NCBI GenBank assembly: GCA_965237525.1
Contig: CBDEFO010000008.1
Span: 160,001-224,000 of the forward strand
Origin: Candidatus Latescibacterota bacterium
Lineage (GTDB): Bacteria; Latescibacterota; CBDEFO01
Direction: 5' to 3'
Length of the DNA: 64,000 nt
How positions within the stretch are numbered: position 1 is the stretch's first letter; every line of letters starts with the position of its first letter. Below the pieces are notes generated by a model that ran no database searches, was not told the origin of the DNA, and saw only the letters and a list, made by a program, of their open reading frames with translations. Shown here piece by piece: positions 32,678-43,764 of this stretch. The translations under genes and the position numbers were made by a program.

Positions 32678-34196
32678 AAGCCTTGTGAAATAGTTATGTC
32701 CCAGGCAGCGTCTGAAGCGCCGATTATGGGTCAAAGAGTAGCATATCGTATCGTTTTGCTGTGGAATAAGCAAAATAGTCTTATCAGAGTTCTGGTCAGC
32801 AAGGAACAGGAGCTGTTTGAAGAACAGGATGCACTGTCTTTGACAGACAGGGCACACATAGACGCTTTCCCCCTTCTTATGAAAGATACAAGCCTCTTGA
32901 GATTCTGTACTGTTGCAACAAGATTCAACTGTTCATTCAGTGAGGCTGGTCCTCTGTAACGGGCTCGTCCCATACCGTGTTGTTGCCTGGCTTCAGCAAA
33001 GATATGTTCACTGCGTTTACGGAGTCTCCGGGAGAGTTTGTAGTCAGCTGTTAATGAGATAGACCGTGCATGATTTCTGGCTTTCGCCTCTCGCACTTTT
33101 CTATCCCGTTCGGCCTGAATATGTGCTGAATTTGTCTTGTTTTTCCATGTAGGAATCGGTTCAATCTTCTCATCGGCTCGCAGAGGAATATGGGGTATGA
33201 TTCCCCGGTCAAGTACATCAGCGATAAAATTACCAGAACCGTAACCGGTATCGGCACTAAGTGTCTGAATGTCTTTGGGCATGGTCTATGTTTCAAGGTC
33301 ATCTACCATCTTAAGGGCACTTTCGGGCTCTGCTGTCCCTGTCGCCTGCGTGCCCTGAGTCTCAAGGATTACTCTGCTTTTTGTGTCGATCAGATCATGG
33401 CCCATAAACGAGAGAAAAGCCCCTTTGCCCTTCGATTTGCTGTATAAGCGCGCGTCGGGGTCTGTAGTCGAACGGTGTGTTTGGTTCGTCCACTTTTCAC
33501 CATGAAAGTCTTTATCCTGAGGATGCCCGGACCTACCCTTTGTCTTATCACCTTCAAAACCGATTCCCTTGAGATAATCATCAAGAGAAACAGGGGGTTC
33601 TATCGGCTCAATACTTTTCACTGAAGCATCAGCTTGTATCTGAGTGCCGTCGACACTAAGGTGTTTACCGCTCACAACACCGACATCTATGCAACACTGG
33701 ACTACCTGACGCATTATCCGTTCAAACAACCCACTGGATGCCCACTTGTGATTGCGAAGCTTGTTGATCGTGCTCCTATCCGGAACCGCATCATCAAATG
33801 TCTGATGACAAAACAACCGATATGCCGCATGCATCCCCACTTCCTGACAGAGCCGATTCTCACTCAAATTATACAGATAGCCAATAAGGATCATTCGAAC
33901 AACTAATTCAGGATCAATACCGGGTCTGCCATTGTCAGGGCAATAACAATCTGATACAACGTCTCGTACAAATGAAAAATCAACTGCCTCATCAATCTGA
34001 CGAAGGATATGATCCTCGGGAACTAAATCCTCCATCTGAAAATAGTGAAACATCGGATTTGTCTGTTCCTGCTTTTGTGGGGTCATTGTTTCCTCCATGT
34101 ATAATATTATCAATAACATAATATAATACATCGGAGCTGCTTTATCAATGCTTGTTCTATACTACTTTCTGAATCTAAGGGTTTTTCACAAGGCTT
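32678..34196 (-). mobile_element. IS1182-family element, copy 1 (1519 bp), 4-bp target duplication CTAA
   Basis: TIR AAGCCTTGTGAAA at both ends; CTAA at 32674-32677 and 34197-34200. Confidence 0.92.
32731..34086 (-). pseudogene. IS1182-family transposase with a premature TAG at 33286-33288
   Basis: TAC (Tyr) in copies 2 and 3 is TAG here; otherwise near-identical. Confidence 0.9.
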
Positions 34197-34267
34197 CTAA
34201 TACGATTGGACTTTGCTGTTGAGAGTTATCGATTTCAATTCATAAGGAAATTGTGGGGGTGTACGCT

Positions 34268-36550
34268 ATGAGAAACGGGCACTTTAAAGAGATTCTGATT
34301 AGCCTCTTGGTAGTTATCTCTTGTGTATTCGGGATGAATACTTATGCCGATGCTGCTGTAATCAGTGATGTTAAGGTCTGCAATCTTAAGGGGAGAGGCG
34401 CGACGATTACGTGGCTTACCGACGTTGCAGCGATAGGGGAAGACAGTGTACGCGTGGTCAACCCTTCCATCGCTCTAAACGCTGTGTTCACTGCGTCCAG
34501 AATCGGCTTCAACACTCACCTTGTGGATATAAGTGGACTAACTCCTAGTACTACCGGCTATTCGTTTGAGGTAATATCAGAAGGAGCTGAAAGCAGTGGT
34601 ACATTTGATACTCCAGCTGAGTTTGGTAATGCTCCGCAGACGGCTACTGTGAAGGTAATCAACCAGGACAGCACGGATGCTGAGGGAGTTTTAGTCTCAA
34701 CAATCGTGACTGACCTTTCCTTAGCTGGTCCTCCTTTCAATATTAAGTTACCCTCGTTGCCTATATGCGGCATCACTGGTCCAACTGGAATAGCTGTTCT
34801 TTCTTTGGATTTAGCAGTTAAAGAGGCTGGCCTGGGAAATATGGCGTTTAACGCAGCCTCCACAGGTGGATTCGATCTCATACTTGAGGCAAAGGACGGT
34901 AAGGGCAACAGCGCTTCGTCCGGTCCTTTCGTTACGCCTATAAATATAAATGTCGATATAGACACTCTTCGATTGAGCGCAGCCATAGAAGTGGTTATAC
35001 CTCTCCCAGAGGGATTGACCCTGATTTCGCCCCCAGTAGAGCCTAAAAATACTTTCACTTCCCATACTTTGCTTCCCTTGATACCGAATTCGAGGGAGAT
35101 AGACAGGTGGGACAATGCTGCAGGTAGATTCAGGCCTGTGGTGAGAGATGTGATCACAGGGAATATAATAACGCCGATAGACCAAGCGTTCGATGTAGCA
35201 GCGCCTGAGGGGTTCTTCGTTAAGGTCATATCCTCCTCCGCAGTAACTTTCAGTGGACTACCCATAACGATTCCCCTAAGCCTCACCTTACCTGAGGGGC
35301 TAACTCTCATAGGTGTTCCGTTACCTCTCGGCTTTACCTCTCATACGTTGCTTCCCTTGATAGCGAATTCGAGGGAGATAGACAGATGGGACAATGCTGC
35401 AGGTAGATTCAGGCCTGTTGTCAGAGATGTGATCACAGGAAATATAATAACGCCGATAGACCAAGCGTTTAATATCAACTTAGGGGAAGGCTACTTTGTT
35501 AAGGTAGTTGCCTCCACTGTGTTTACGCCTCCTACCTCAGCTCCCAAAGCTATTGCTCCAGAGCTGTACGAAGATTTTAGAAGATTTGAAGAAATCAGTA
35601 CTAATGTGTTGCCTTCTGAGGTGAAAGTATCTAATGTCACCGATCTGGGCGTCACTGTGTCGTGGCTAGGCGCTGAAAACCATTTGGCGCAGGTGCAGTA
35701 CAGCACCGATCCTGATTTGTCTTATTACGAGTCTGCATATGATGCAATGGAGGCAGAATACCCTGATGATATACACTGGGTGGATATACCGAGACTGTCT
35801 CCCAGTACGAGGTATTATTTCAGAATCTTGCCGTTGGATCCGAATGACAAACGTGAGGACAAAGTCAGATCGTTTACCACTACTCCTCGCCTGAACTCGA
35901 TACCATATCCTAACACAATTTACGGTAAGGTGATAGAGGAGGGCGGAAAGGACATAGGCGTTAGGGGAGTGGTCTATGCAAAGGTCATCCACAAGGGAAG
36001 AGAATCATATCCCGTATCGGCTACAACTTCTGCAAGTGGATATTGGTCTCTTAGTTTGGGTCATTTAAGGGATCGTGAAAGTGGTGATCTGTTCCGCTAT
36101 TCGAGTGGAGATGCGATAGTTTTGGAGTATTATGGTCTGTCGGGACGGTATGGAATTCAAAAGGCTGAGGTGGAAACTGATACTCCTCAGGATGTAGGTG
36201 AACTTATCGTGACAGACACAATAACGTTGAGAGTGCCCGGTTTCGACGGGGTTGATGGAAGTGACATCCCTCAGGCTTACGTTCTACACCAGAACTTCCC
36301 CAATCCGTTCAACCCCGAAACAGAGATCAGCTACGATATCCCTGAAGACGCTCACGTTTCACTCAGGATATACAATGCCTTAGGACAGTTAGTCAGAACG
36401 CTTGTGGATGGGAATCAAAAGACGTCTCACTATGTGGTGAGGTGGGATGGAAGGGACGATAAAGGGACTGATTTGGCCAGTGGAGTTTACTTCTACAGGG
36501 TCTTGACCGATAACTTTGCGAGCACCAAGAGAATGTTGCTTATGCGATAG
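34268..36550 (+). CDS. Secreted protein: shared N-terminal module, duplicated ~75-aa repeat, FN3-like module, FlgD/T9SS-like C-terminal sorting domain
   Basis: Signal peptide ADA-A; LHQNFPNPFNPETEISY...WDGRDDKG..LASGVYFYR...KRMLLMR. Confidence 0.85.
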   Translation: MRNGHFKEILISLLVVISCVFGMNTYADAAVISDVKVCNLKGRGATITWLTDVAAIGEDSVRVVNPSIALNAVFTASRIGFNTHLVDISGLTPSTTGYSFEVISEGAESSGTFDTPAEFGNAPQTATVKVINQDSTDAEGVLVSTIVTDLSLAGPPFNIKLPSLPICGITGPTGIAVLSLDLAVKEAGLGNMAFNAASTGGFDLILEAKDGKGNSASSGPFVTPININVDIDTLRLSAAIEVVIPLPEGLTLISPPVEPKNTFTSHTLLPLIPNSREIDRWDNAAGRFRPVVRDVITGNIITPIDQAFDVAAPEGFFVKVISSSAVTFSGLPITIPLSLTLPEGLTLIGVPLPLGFTSHTLLPLIANSREIDRWDNAAGRFRPVVRDVITGNIITPIDQAFNINLGEGYFVKVVASTVFTPPTSAPKAIAPELYEDFRRFEEISTNVLPSEVKVSNVTDLGVTVSWLGAENHLAQVQYSTDPDLSYYESAYDAMEAEYPDDIHWVDIPRLSPSTRYYFRILPLDPNDKREDKVRSFTTTPRLNSIPYPNTIYGKVIEEGGKDIGVRGVVYAKVIHKGRESYPVSATTSASGYWSLSLGHLRDRESGDLFRYSSGDAIVLEYYGLSGRYGIQKAEVETDTPQDVGELIVTDTITLRVPGFDGVDGSDIPQAYVLHQNFPNPFNPETEISYDIPEDAHVSLRIYNALGQLVRTLVDGNQKTSHYVVRWDGRDDKGTDLASGVYFYRVLTDNFASTKRMLLMR

Positions 36551-36627
36551 AAGACCATTAGGATATTTGTCTGTTCTCACAGTGATGGATTTCATCTTAA
36601 ATGTTCTTGAGAAGGGAGGCTAAAAAG

Positions 36628-39600
36628 ATGTCTAAGAATTTTAAACTGTTAGCAGCACTCACGGGCATACTTCTGGTAGCTTATGTAAGTGCTAATGCCG
36701 CTGTAATTAGCGATGTTAAGGTGTGCAATCTTACGGGAAGAGGAGCTGATATTACTTGGCTTACCGACGTGGCGGCTACAGGAGAGGACAGTGTACGCGT
36801 AACGAATACTTCCGTTTCCTTGGATACTGTGTTCACTGCCTCCAGAATCGGTTTCAACACTCACTCTGTGGGTATAAGCGGCCTAACTCCCAGTACCGCA
36901 GACTATGTGTTCCAGATAATATCTGAGGGAGCTACCACAAGCGCTGATACCTTTGCTACTCCTGCCGAATTTGGCAACGCTCCACAGACTGCCACTGTGA
37001 AGGTAATTAACAAGGACGGTACGGATGCTGAGGGCGCTCTGGTCAGCGTGATTATTAATGACCTTTCTCTCTTCAATCTTAACCCTGCACTTTTTCCTAA
37101 GTTACCCTCTTTCCCTATATGTGGCATCACTAGTTCAAGTGGTGTAGCTGTTCTTTCTTTGGATTTAGCAGTCAAAGAGGCCGGTCTGGGCAATATGGCG
37201 TTTAACGCGTCCTCTTCCGGAGGGTTTGACGTCACACTCGAGGCAAAGGACGGCAAGGGCAATAGTGCTTTGTCCGGTACTTTCGTCACGCCAATAGATA
37301 TAAATGTTAACATAACTACCCTCCAATTGGAACCACCTACAATCCCCATAATCAATGTCTCTCCTGCCTCACTCAATTTCGGCCTTGTGGAGGTCACTAA
37401 CTCCAAAAGGGATACTGTGACCTTCCAGAACATAGGCGAGGATACGCTGGATATTAGTGGACTTCTCGACGTTGCAGCTCCGTTTAGAATTATATCGCCA
37501 GGAACACTACCAGATCTATCCAGTCCTATTTTAGTTCCGCCTAATTCCACGATAGAAGTTGTTATAGAATGTAGTCCTACCACTACTGGTTCTTTCCTGG
37601 GTACTCTGGTCGTTATAAGCAACGATTCTACGGGGAATGCTATCTTAGACATACCTTTAAGTGGAACGGGTCTTGCATCCGATATCGAAGTCTCTCCGAC
37701 GAACGTAGATTACGGTGTTGTGCTAGTAGGCAACAGTTTGGGTAGTACGATAAAAATTAAGAACTTAGGCAATGCGAATTTAGTCTTAGGGGCTTTGTCC
37801 CTTACAGGCACTAATGCAGGTGAGTTTTCGATTCAAGTTCCTCCAAGTTCGGTCGTTGGTCAAGGGGATAGTACTGAGGCTACTATCAGGTTCTCACCTA
37901 CGTCGGGCGGCACGAAGAATGCCACCTTAGTCATTCCGAACAACGATCCTGACGCCGCTGACGGTACTGTGTTTGTTGCCTTAATAGGTGTGGGCGGAGA
38001 ACCGAATATAACGGTAGTAAATACGGTGGATTTTGGCAGTGTAAGCACTATCGGAGCTCCTAAGGATATTGACTTGGAGATCCTAAGTGACGGCGGTCTA
38101 CAGTTGGCGATCAGTGCTGTGGTGCTTACACGCCCAGGTGCTGCGGCTTATACGTTGCTGGATACTCTGGATGGGGTTACCCTCCCTGCACTAACAGGAA
38201 AGGATACACTGGGGATAAGATTTGCCCCGACTAGTGTGGGTCCCTTCACAGCAGATTTGACTATCTTCAGCGATGATCCTGATACACCGGCGAAGACAGT
38301 TACCTTACTTGGTACTGGAATTGAGCCTGATATAGATGCGGCTCCGTTTGATTTCGGACCTGTGGAGGTAGACAGCTTTAAAACAGATACCTTGACGGTA
38401 AATAACGTCGGGACAGATACCCTGAATGTCTCCAGCATGACTTTGGTGTCAGGGACGTCTGTGACGTTTGATATGTTCTTCTCTAGTCCAGTAGCCATCG
38501 CTCCGGGAGAATCGTTCAAGGTAGGAGTTCAATTTACTCCCCAGTCCGTGGGAACTTTTACAGATACTGTGGTTGTCGTAAGCAACGACCCTGACGGTGC
38601 TTTCAAGGTTCCTCTGATCGGAGAGGGCGTTGGTGTACCTCCTCCCTCTGCTCCTCAGTTTGGTGAGCCATTTACAGTAACCTTAACAGGTGTAGACAGT
38701 AATACTACTATCTTAGCCAATCCAGGCGAGGAGTTTTTTATTGAGTCACGGGTAAGCGAGGTAACCCAGGGCATATTCGGCTTCTCCACTAAATTTGGGT
38801 TTGACCCGAACGTTGTAGAGTTGGTTACAGTTTTTGGTCAACCGGTTATAAGCCTCACACCGAACGTATTGCCCCTTAACCCCACACCTTCTGGCGGCCT
38901 GGTATTTGGCACAACTGATACTCTTAGTATGGGTGCCGCCGCATCCATAGGTATTGGGGCTACGCCGGTCAGCGGTACAATTCTCACGATTAAGTTCAGG
39001 GTCAAGAGCACTGCTAATCCTGGTGATTCTAGTCCTCTCAACTTAGTTAGTGCTGTAGTGGGTGTAGATACTACGCTAGATTTTGGAACCTTTACTGGCA
39101 TAGATATTCCTGCCGAGACTCTTATAAGCGCGGTGTTGCAGGTTTCTAGGAACATCACCGGTCAATCCGTTGTGGATGACGTAAAACTCGCGCCGACTCG
39201 TACAGGCGCCACTGTGACTTACGGTGGAGCGACTCTCGGTATAGCGAGTGTGACAGGCCCGGTTTCTGTCCTTAGGGTCGTCCTTGAATCTGACGTAGCA
39301 GGTGAGGGTGTTGACACCGTTAGAGTGAACATAAACAGGGTCGACGTGGGTGTTGGAATAGATAATCCAAGCACATATATAGCTTCTCCTGCTACTGATG
39401 CTACCCTAAGCGGCGTTGCTATATATAGAGACGATGGTGATAATGTCTTTGAGAGGGAAGTGGATACTCCTGTTAACGCAGCCAGTATCGCTTTTACTGA
39501 TACGATAGCAAGCGTTAGTGCTGATAGTATTTTGACAATCACCTTAGATTTTCCTGATGGCGTCCTTCCCATAAATCCCAATCCGTTGACGTTCTTTATC

Positions 39601-42600
39601 GTCGTCAGAGGTGGAGCTGGGATAAGTAACGGTGATCAGTTCACATTCAGCACGAACCTTTCGGATTGGGTATTTAGCGGTTTTTCGAGAGGAAGTTTCA
39701 CTGCCACTTCTGCTGTCATAACCGGTGATGTAAGCGCTCCTACTATATCTGCGGGCAATGCAGTAACGGTCGACGATGACAGCGATGGACTTTTAGACGG
39801 TCTGAAGATAACATGGAGTGAGAGCATCGCCGATATGAGCTTTGCCAACTTTGCCAGCGCGACGGCTAATTTTGACGTGACAGCGGGTACTACACTCATA
39901 GATGCTGGATTAGCCGCCGATCCTGACGGGGACGATGGGACGTTCACAGCTGCTAATAGGCTGCCCAAAATAGATCCAAACGGTCCTCCTCGCACTTCGG
40001 ATACCATAAACAACAACATCACCTTCATCACCTTCATCACCTTCCAGGAAGACCCGGGATCACCTGCGGATAAGCTCCTCAGTGCACTTAATACGGAGGC
40101 AGCACCCGCTTTAAGTATGGCAGGGGCAACAGTAACCGACCTTGCGGGCAACCCTCCTGGGGCTATTGTCGGATTTGCTTCGATAGACGCGGCTCGTCCT
40201 GTGGTCTACCAGAGCCTCTATCTGGACGCAGACGTTGACGGCAAGATAGATGAGGTGCAGGTCCAATTTTCCGAGGACATTGACGCTGCCACCTTTGCAG
40301 ACAACGACGGATGGAGTGTCGCGGGGTTTGCGTTCTCGAGCAATCCCGTTCTCATAGGGGCTGCTGCTTCTGTAGATCCCCCGGTTTCACCAACCGGAGG
40401 CGCTTTCGATGTCGCCAGGCTATTACTTACTGAGAAGGCTGACTTTAACACGAGCATAGACCCTGCAGTGGATCAGGTGACTTATAGCGCTGCTGCAGCC
40501 GATGTGGCAGATCTAGCGGGAGTTGCTCTTAACAACGTGTTTGTAGGAACCTCTAAAGAGGTTGATAAGGCCAGTCCGATTTTGATCGATGCGACCACTA
40601 AAGATGTTGTTTCTACCGAACCCAGAGGTCAGATAGACCGGTACACAATTAGATTCACCGAAGCTGTGAATCTAGCGGCAGGAGATTTTGTTATTCTGGA
40701 TGACTTCAATATTGCCGGGTTAGGTTCAGGCGCCGGTACCAGCACAGTCGATCTTACCATCACCGAGGCAGGCGTAGTAGATACTGGAATCAAGCCAGGG
40801 CTCGCCGTAAATATTGCAAATGTTGAAGACAACGCGTTAAATAGGCTGGGACAAGTTGATGCAAACAGTCTGGTCGCTCCTTCGGCCGATGCACTCCCCG
40901 GTACTGGCGAAATCCTCATTCCTGACTCAAAGCGCTTCGACGGTGCTCCGCCCTTGATAAGGAAGAGGGGTGCAGCAGCCGTCGGTGGGGATGCTGTGGT
41001 TACGGGAGACAGCAACAGGGATGGCAGGCTCGATCAGATTGTGGTGGAGTTTACTGAGATCATGCCTGTTGGTGGCGATTACGTTACTGGGGCCACCATT
41101 GAAGGACTCGTTATTTCCGGCGCCTCGCGGACGGCAGCCGATCAGGTGACCTATACGTTGACAGTAGCTGCAGGCGATCCGCCTAACACAGACGCTGTGC
41201 CCGACTATCTCTATAGCACGGCTACGGGAGCCATATTAGATCCCGCCGGGCTGGAGTTGGTGGATATCGGGAGCGCCGATATTACGGAGGTGGATGGAGC
41301 TGCTCCGGTCCTCGTGGGCGCTGTCACAGATGACGCTGACGGAGACGGAAAAATAGATAAATACGTTATCACTGTAAGTGAGCCTATATCGATAGCTGGT
41401 GTTGCGGACTCGCTAAGAGCAGGCCTGGGAGTTGCGGGTCACCTCGATACACTCGCCACCCTGGATGCAACTAAGGAGATTATCACCTTACTCTTCGTTG
41501 AAACAGCCGTGACAACGCTGGGAGATTTCGATACTGGAGTGACCCCTGAAGTTACTTATACCCGAGCTACAGTGCAGGATGTGGATGGCGAGATCAAGGA
41601 TCTTTCAGGCCCCGGCGGTACGGCTAGTATTCCTATGGAGGATATCACTGCTGACAATGCCGTTCTGACAGAGACCGACGGCGCCAGACCCGTTACTGTT
41701 CTCGCTGCTGATGATACCTCAAGCACAGGGGACAGAAACAGCGATGGCTTTATAGATCAGTTCACGGTGACCTTCAGCGAGCCTGTGACGGCGGACAGCG
41801 GTAACATCGGCATAACCGTTGATGCCACTGCTTCGGGCAACACCGTAACCCTCAGTGAAGTCTTGAGCGGCGGCGGCACCAACGTTGTGGTCTTCGGCGG
41901 AACTTCCGACGGACCCGCAACATCCGGAGATCCTGATACGGAGGACACTCCGCTCTTTGACTATATCGAGACCGGATCTATTCGTGATATATCTGCTGCT
42001 GAAAATACACTTCGAGCTGCTGCCGATCAGATAACGATAGATGAGGCCAAACCCGTTATTGTCTTTGCGACGGGAAGGGTGCAGGATACAGAACTGAAGC
42101 TAAAGTTCTCCGAGGCTGTTCGCGGCACTGGAGCCGGGGGCGATGTGGCTGTACCTGACTTATCCTATCTGGATGTTAGCTTAAGCAGAGCCGGAAGCAT
42201 CGTCGCTGTGGAAGATGAAGCAGCAGCTATCAATGGGGACGATGAACTCATAACAGTCAGTGTGGATAGTAGTTTTATCATTCAAGATGTGGTACAGGAC
42301 TCCATTTCGTTCTCTCCGTCAGTTGCGGATTCCGCCTTGAGCCTTGTTACTGATGCCGCGTCTGTGCCTAATCAAGCGCTGGCCATCCTCGTCACGATTT
42401 CTGTTCCTAAACTTTTTGTGACATTAATTAATCCCACTTCTGGAACGCAATTGGGAGGAAAGTCTGTGGCGATATTAGGAGGCAATTTCCAGAGTGGTGC
42501 AACCGTCACGTTCGGCGACACGTCAGCCACAAATGTAGTTGTAGCCTCCCCTGATACCGTTACTGCTGCGACCCCTGCTCATCCTGTCGGTAATGTGGAC

Positions 42601-43548
42601 GTGATAGTCACAAATCCCGACGGTCAGGCAGATACACTCTTTAACGGATTTACTTTTGTATTGTTAGGGGATGTCAGTGGCAACGGAGAGATAACGGCAT
42701 TTGATGCTGCTTTGGTGCTTAAATCTGTAGTCGGTCTCTTTGTAATCTCTGACACTGTGGCAGCAGACGTAAGTGGAGACGGCACCATAAGTGCCTTTGA
42801 TGCCTCTTTGATACTCAGGTTCGTTGTTGGGAAAATAACTCAATTTCCCGCCCAGACAGGAGGCATCTCTAAGGCTGTACTTGGCGAGAGGATTATAAGT
42901 TTAGGTAATATAAAAGCTTTACAGGATCGACGTTTTGCCGTTCCTATTCTCATAGACGAAACGGACGGTGTCTTATCAGGTCAACTTGAACTATCTTTAG
43001 ACCCGACAAAGCTTAAAGCCGTAGATGCTACGGTATCCGACCTGACCTCTGACTATCTTTTGGCTCATAATGCTCAAAATGGCAGAATAAGGCTATCCTT
43101 TGCCGGTGTAGAATCGGTTAACGGCAGCGGTAGTATCGCCGAGATCATATTTGAGCCAATAGGTTCTGAAATTGACGTTATTGGTGAGGCTGGTCTGATC
43201 TCCGCCCAATTGAACGAAGGTCTTTTCAGTGTGATTATTTCCCAACATGGAGGCATCTCCGATCTTCCTGACAGCTATTCATTGCATCAGAACTTCCCCA
43301 ATCCGTTCAACCCTGAGACAGTGATCCATTACTACCTTCCTCTTCAAAGCCACGTGGACATATCTGTCTATAATATAACCGGACAGAAGGTTGTGACACT
43401 GGTGGACAATCAGATGGACACAGGCAGTCACTCTGCAGTGTGGAATGGAGAAGATGACAACGGAGAAAGTCTTGCCAGCGGAGTGTACCTCTATCGGATG
43501 GAGACGGATGGATTTGTCAAGACAAGGAAGCTGGTCTTGATGAAATGA
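36628..43548 (+). CDS. Giant secreted scaffold/adhesin: shared N-module, 4 ASH domains, cohesin, DxDxDG Ig-like repeats, IPT, dockerin, cohesin-like domain, FlgD/T9SS-like CTD
   Basis: ATG 36628 after GGGAGG; FGFDPNVVELV..TILTIKFRVK (cohesin); GDVSGNGEITAFDAALVL / DVSGDGTISAFDASLIL (dockerin); QNFPNPFNPET CTD. Confidence 0.85.
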   Translation: MSKNFKLLAALTGILLVAYVSANAAVISDVKVCNLTGRGADITWLTDVAATGEDSVRVTNTSVSLDTVFTASRIGFNTHSVGISGLTPSTADYVFQIISEGATTSADTFATPAEFGNAPQTATVKVINKDGTDAEGALVSVIINDLSLFNLNPALFPKLPSFPICGITSSSGVAVLSLDLAVKEAGLGNMAFNASSSGGFDVTLEAKDGKGNSALSGTFVTPIDINVNITTLQLEPPTIPIINVSPASLNFGLVEVTNSKRDTVTFQNIGEDTLDISGLLDVAAPFRIISPGTLPDLSSPILVPPNSTIEVVIECSPTTTGSFLGTLVVISNDSTGNAILDIPLSGTGLASDIEVSPTNVDYGVVLVGNSLGSTIKIKNLGNANLVLGALSLTGTNAGEFSIQVPPSSVVGQGDSTEATIRFSPTSGGTKNATLVIPNNDPDAADGTVFVALIGVGGEPNITVVNTVDFGSVSTIGAPKDIDLEILSDGGLQLAISAVVLTRPGAAAYTLLDTLDGVTLPALTGKDTLGIRFAPTSVGPFTADLTIFSDDPDTPAKTVTLLGTGIEPDIDAAPFDFGPVEVDSFKTDTLTVNNVGTDTLNVSSMTLVSGTSVTFDMFFSSPVAIAPGESFKVGVQFTPQSVGTFTDTVVVVSNDPDGAFKVPLIGEGVGVPPPSAPQFGEPFTVTLTGVDSNTTILANPGEEFFIESRVSEVTQGIFGFSTKFGFDPNVVELVTVFGQPVISLTPNVLPLNPTPSGGLVFGTTDTLSMGAAASIGIGATPVSGTILTIKFRVKSTANPGDSSPLNLVSAVVGVDTTLDFGTFTGIDIPAETLISAVLQVSRNITGQSVVDDVKLAPTRTGATVTYGGATLGIASVTGPVSVLRVVLESDVAGEGVDTVRVNINRVDVGVGIDNPSTYIASPATDATLSGVAIYRDDGDNVFEREVDTPVNAASIAFTDTIASVSADSILTITLDFPDGVLPINPNPLTFFIVVRGGAGISNGDQFTFSTNLSDWVFSGFSRGSFTATSAVITGDVSAPTISAGNAVTVDDDSDGLLDGLKITWSESIADMSFANFASATANFDVTAGTTLIDAGLAADPDGDDGTFTAANRLPKIDPNGPPRTSDTINNNITFITFITFQEDPGSPADKLLSALNTEAAPALSMAGATVTDLAGNPPGAIVGFASIDAARPVVYQSLYLDADVDGKIDEVQVQFSEDIDAATFADNDGWSVAGFAFSSNPVLIGAAASVDPPVSPTGGAFDVARLLLTEKADFNTSIDPAVDQVTYSAAAADVADLAGVALNNVFVGTSKEVDKASPILIDATTKDVVSTEPRGQIDRYTIRFTEAVNLAAGDFVILDDFNIAGLGSGAGTSTVDLTITEAGVVDTGIKPGLAVNIANVEDNALNRLGQVDANSLVAPSADALPGTGEILIPDSKRFDGAPPLIRKRGAAAVGGDAVVTGDSNRDGRLDQIVVEFTEIMPVGGDYVTGATIEGLVISGASRTAADQVTYTLTVAAGDPPNTDAVPDYLYSTATGAILDPAGLELVDIGSADITEVDGAAPVLVGAVTDDADGDGKIDKYVITVSEPISIAGVADSLRAGLGVAGHLDTLATLDATKEIITLLFVETAVTTLGDFDTGVTPEVTYTRATVQDVDGEIKDLSGPGGTASIPMEDITADNAVLTETDGARPVTVLAADDTSSTGDRNSDGFIDQFTVTFSEPVTADSGNIGITVDATASGNTVTLSEVLSGGGTNVVVFGGTSDGPATSGDPDTEDTPLFDYIETGSIRDISAAENTLRAAADQITIDEAKPVIVFATGRVQDTELKLKFSEAVRGTGAGGDVAVPDLSYLDVSLSRAGSIVAVEDEAAAINGDDELITVSVDSSFIIQDVVQDSISFSPSVADSALSLVTDAASVPNQALAILVTISVPKLFVTLINPTSGTQLGGKSVAILGGNFQSGATVTFGDTSATNVVVASPDTVTAATPAHPVGNVDVIVTNPDGQADTLFNGFTFVLLGDVSGNGEITAFDAALVLKSVVGLFVISDTVAADVSGDGTISAFDASLILRFVVGKITQFPAQTGGISKAVLGERIISLGNIKALQDRRFAVPILIDETDGVLSGQLELSLDPTKLKAVDATVSDLTSDYLLAHNAQNGRIRLSFAGVESVNGSGSIAEIIFEPIGSEIDVIGEAGLISAQLNEGLFSVIISQHGGISDLPDSYSLHQNFPNPFNPETVIHYYLPLQSHVDISVYNITGQKVVTLVDNQMDTGSHSAVWNGEDDNGESLASGVYLYRMETDGFVKTRKLVLMK

Positions 43549-43764
43549 GCTTCTTTATTTATTTATAACCGTCTTTAGCCAGCAGATGAGGAGGTGACAC
43601 AAATTCACCCGGGTTTGGGTACTACAACGCAGCAATATAGGTAATTGCACACTCATTTCAGTTAATGATTCTCAATGAAAGGATAGCCTGATGAAGAAGA
43701 TATTCCCGATATTCATGGTGCTGGGATTTGTGCTTTTTGCCGCTTCGATGAGTTCTGCTCACCT
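43262..43764 (+). repeat. About 500-bp direct repeat (CTD coding + intergenic + next signal peptide); second copy at about 46383-46883
   Basis: Shared GCTTCTTTATTTATTTA..GATGAGGAGGTGACACAAATTCACCC..GAAAGGATAGC..ATGAAGAAGATATT. Confidence 0.85.

Noticed and set aside
32108..32857. ORFs starting MCPVCQRQC inside the IS (also 48501-48710 and 52762-53622)
   Set aside because: Alternative-frame read-out from the IS end into flanking DNA; not independent genes.
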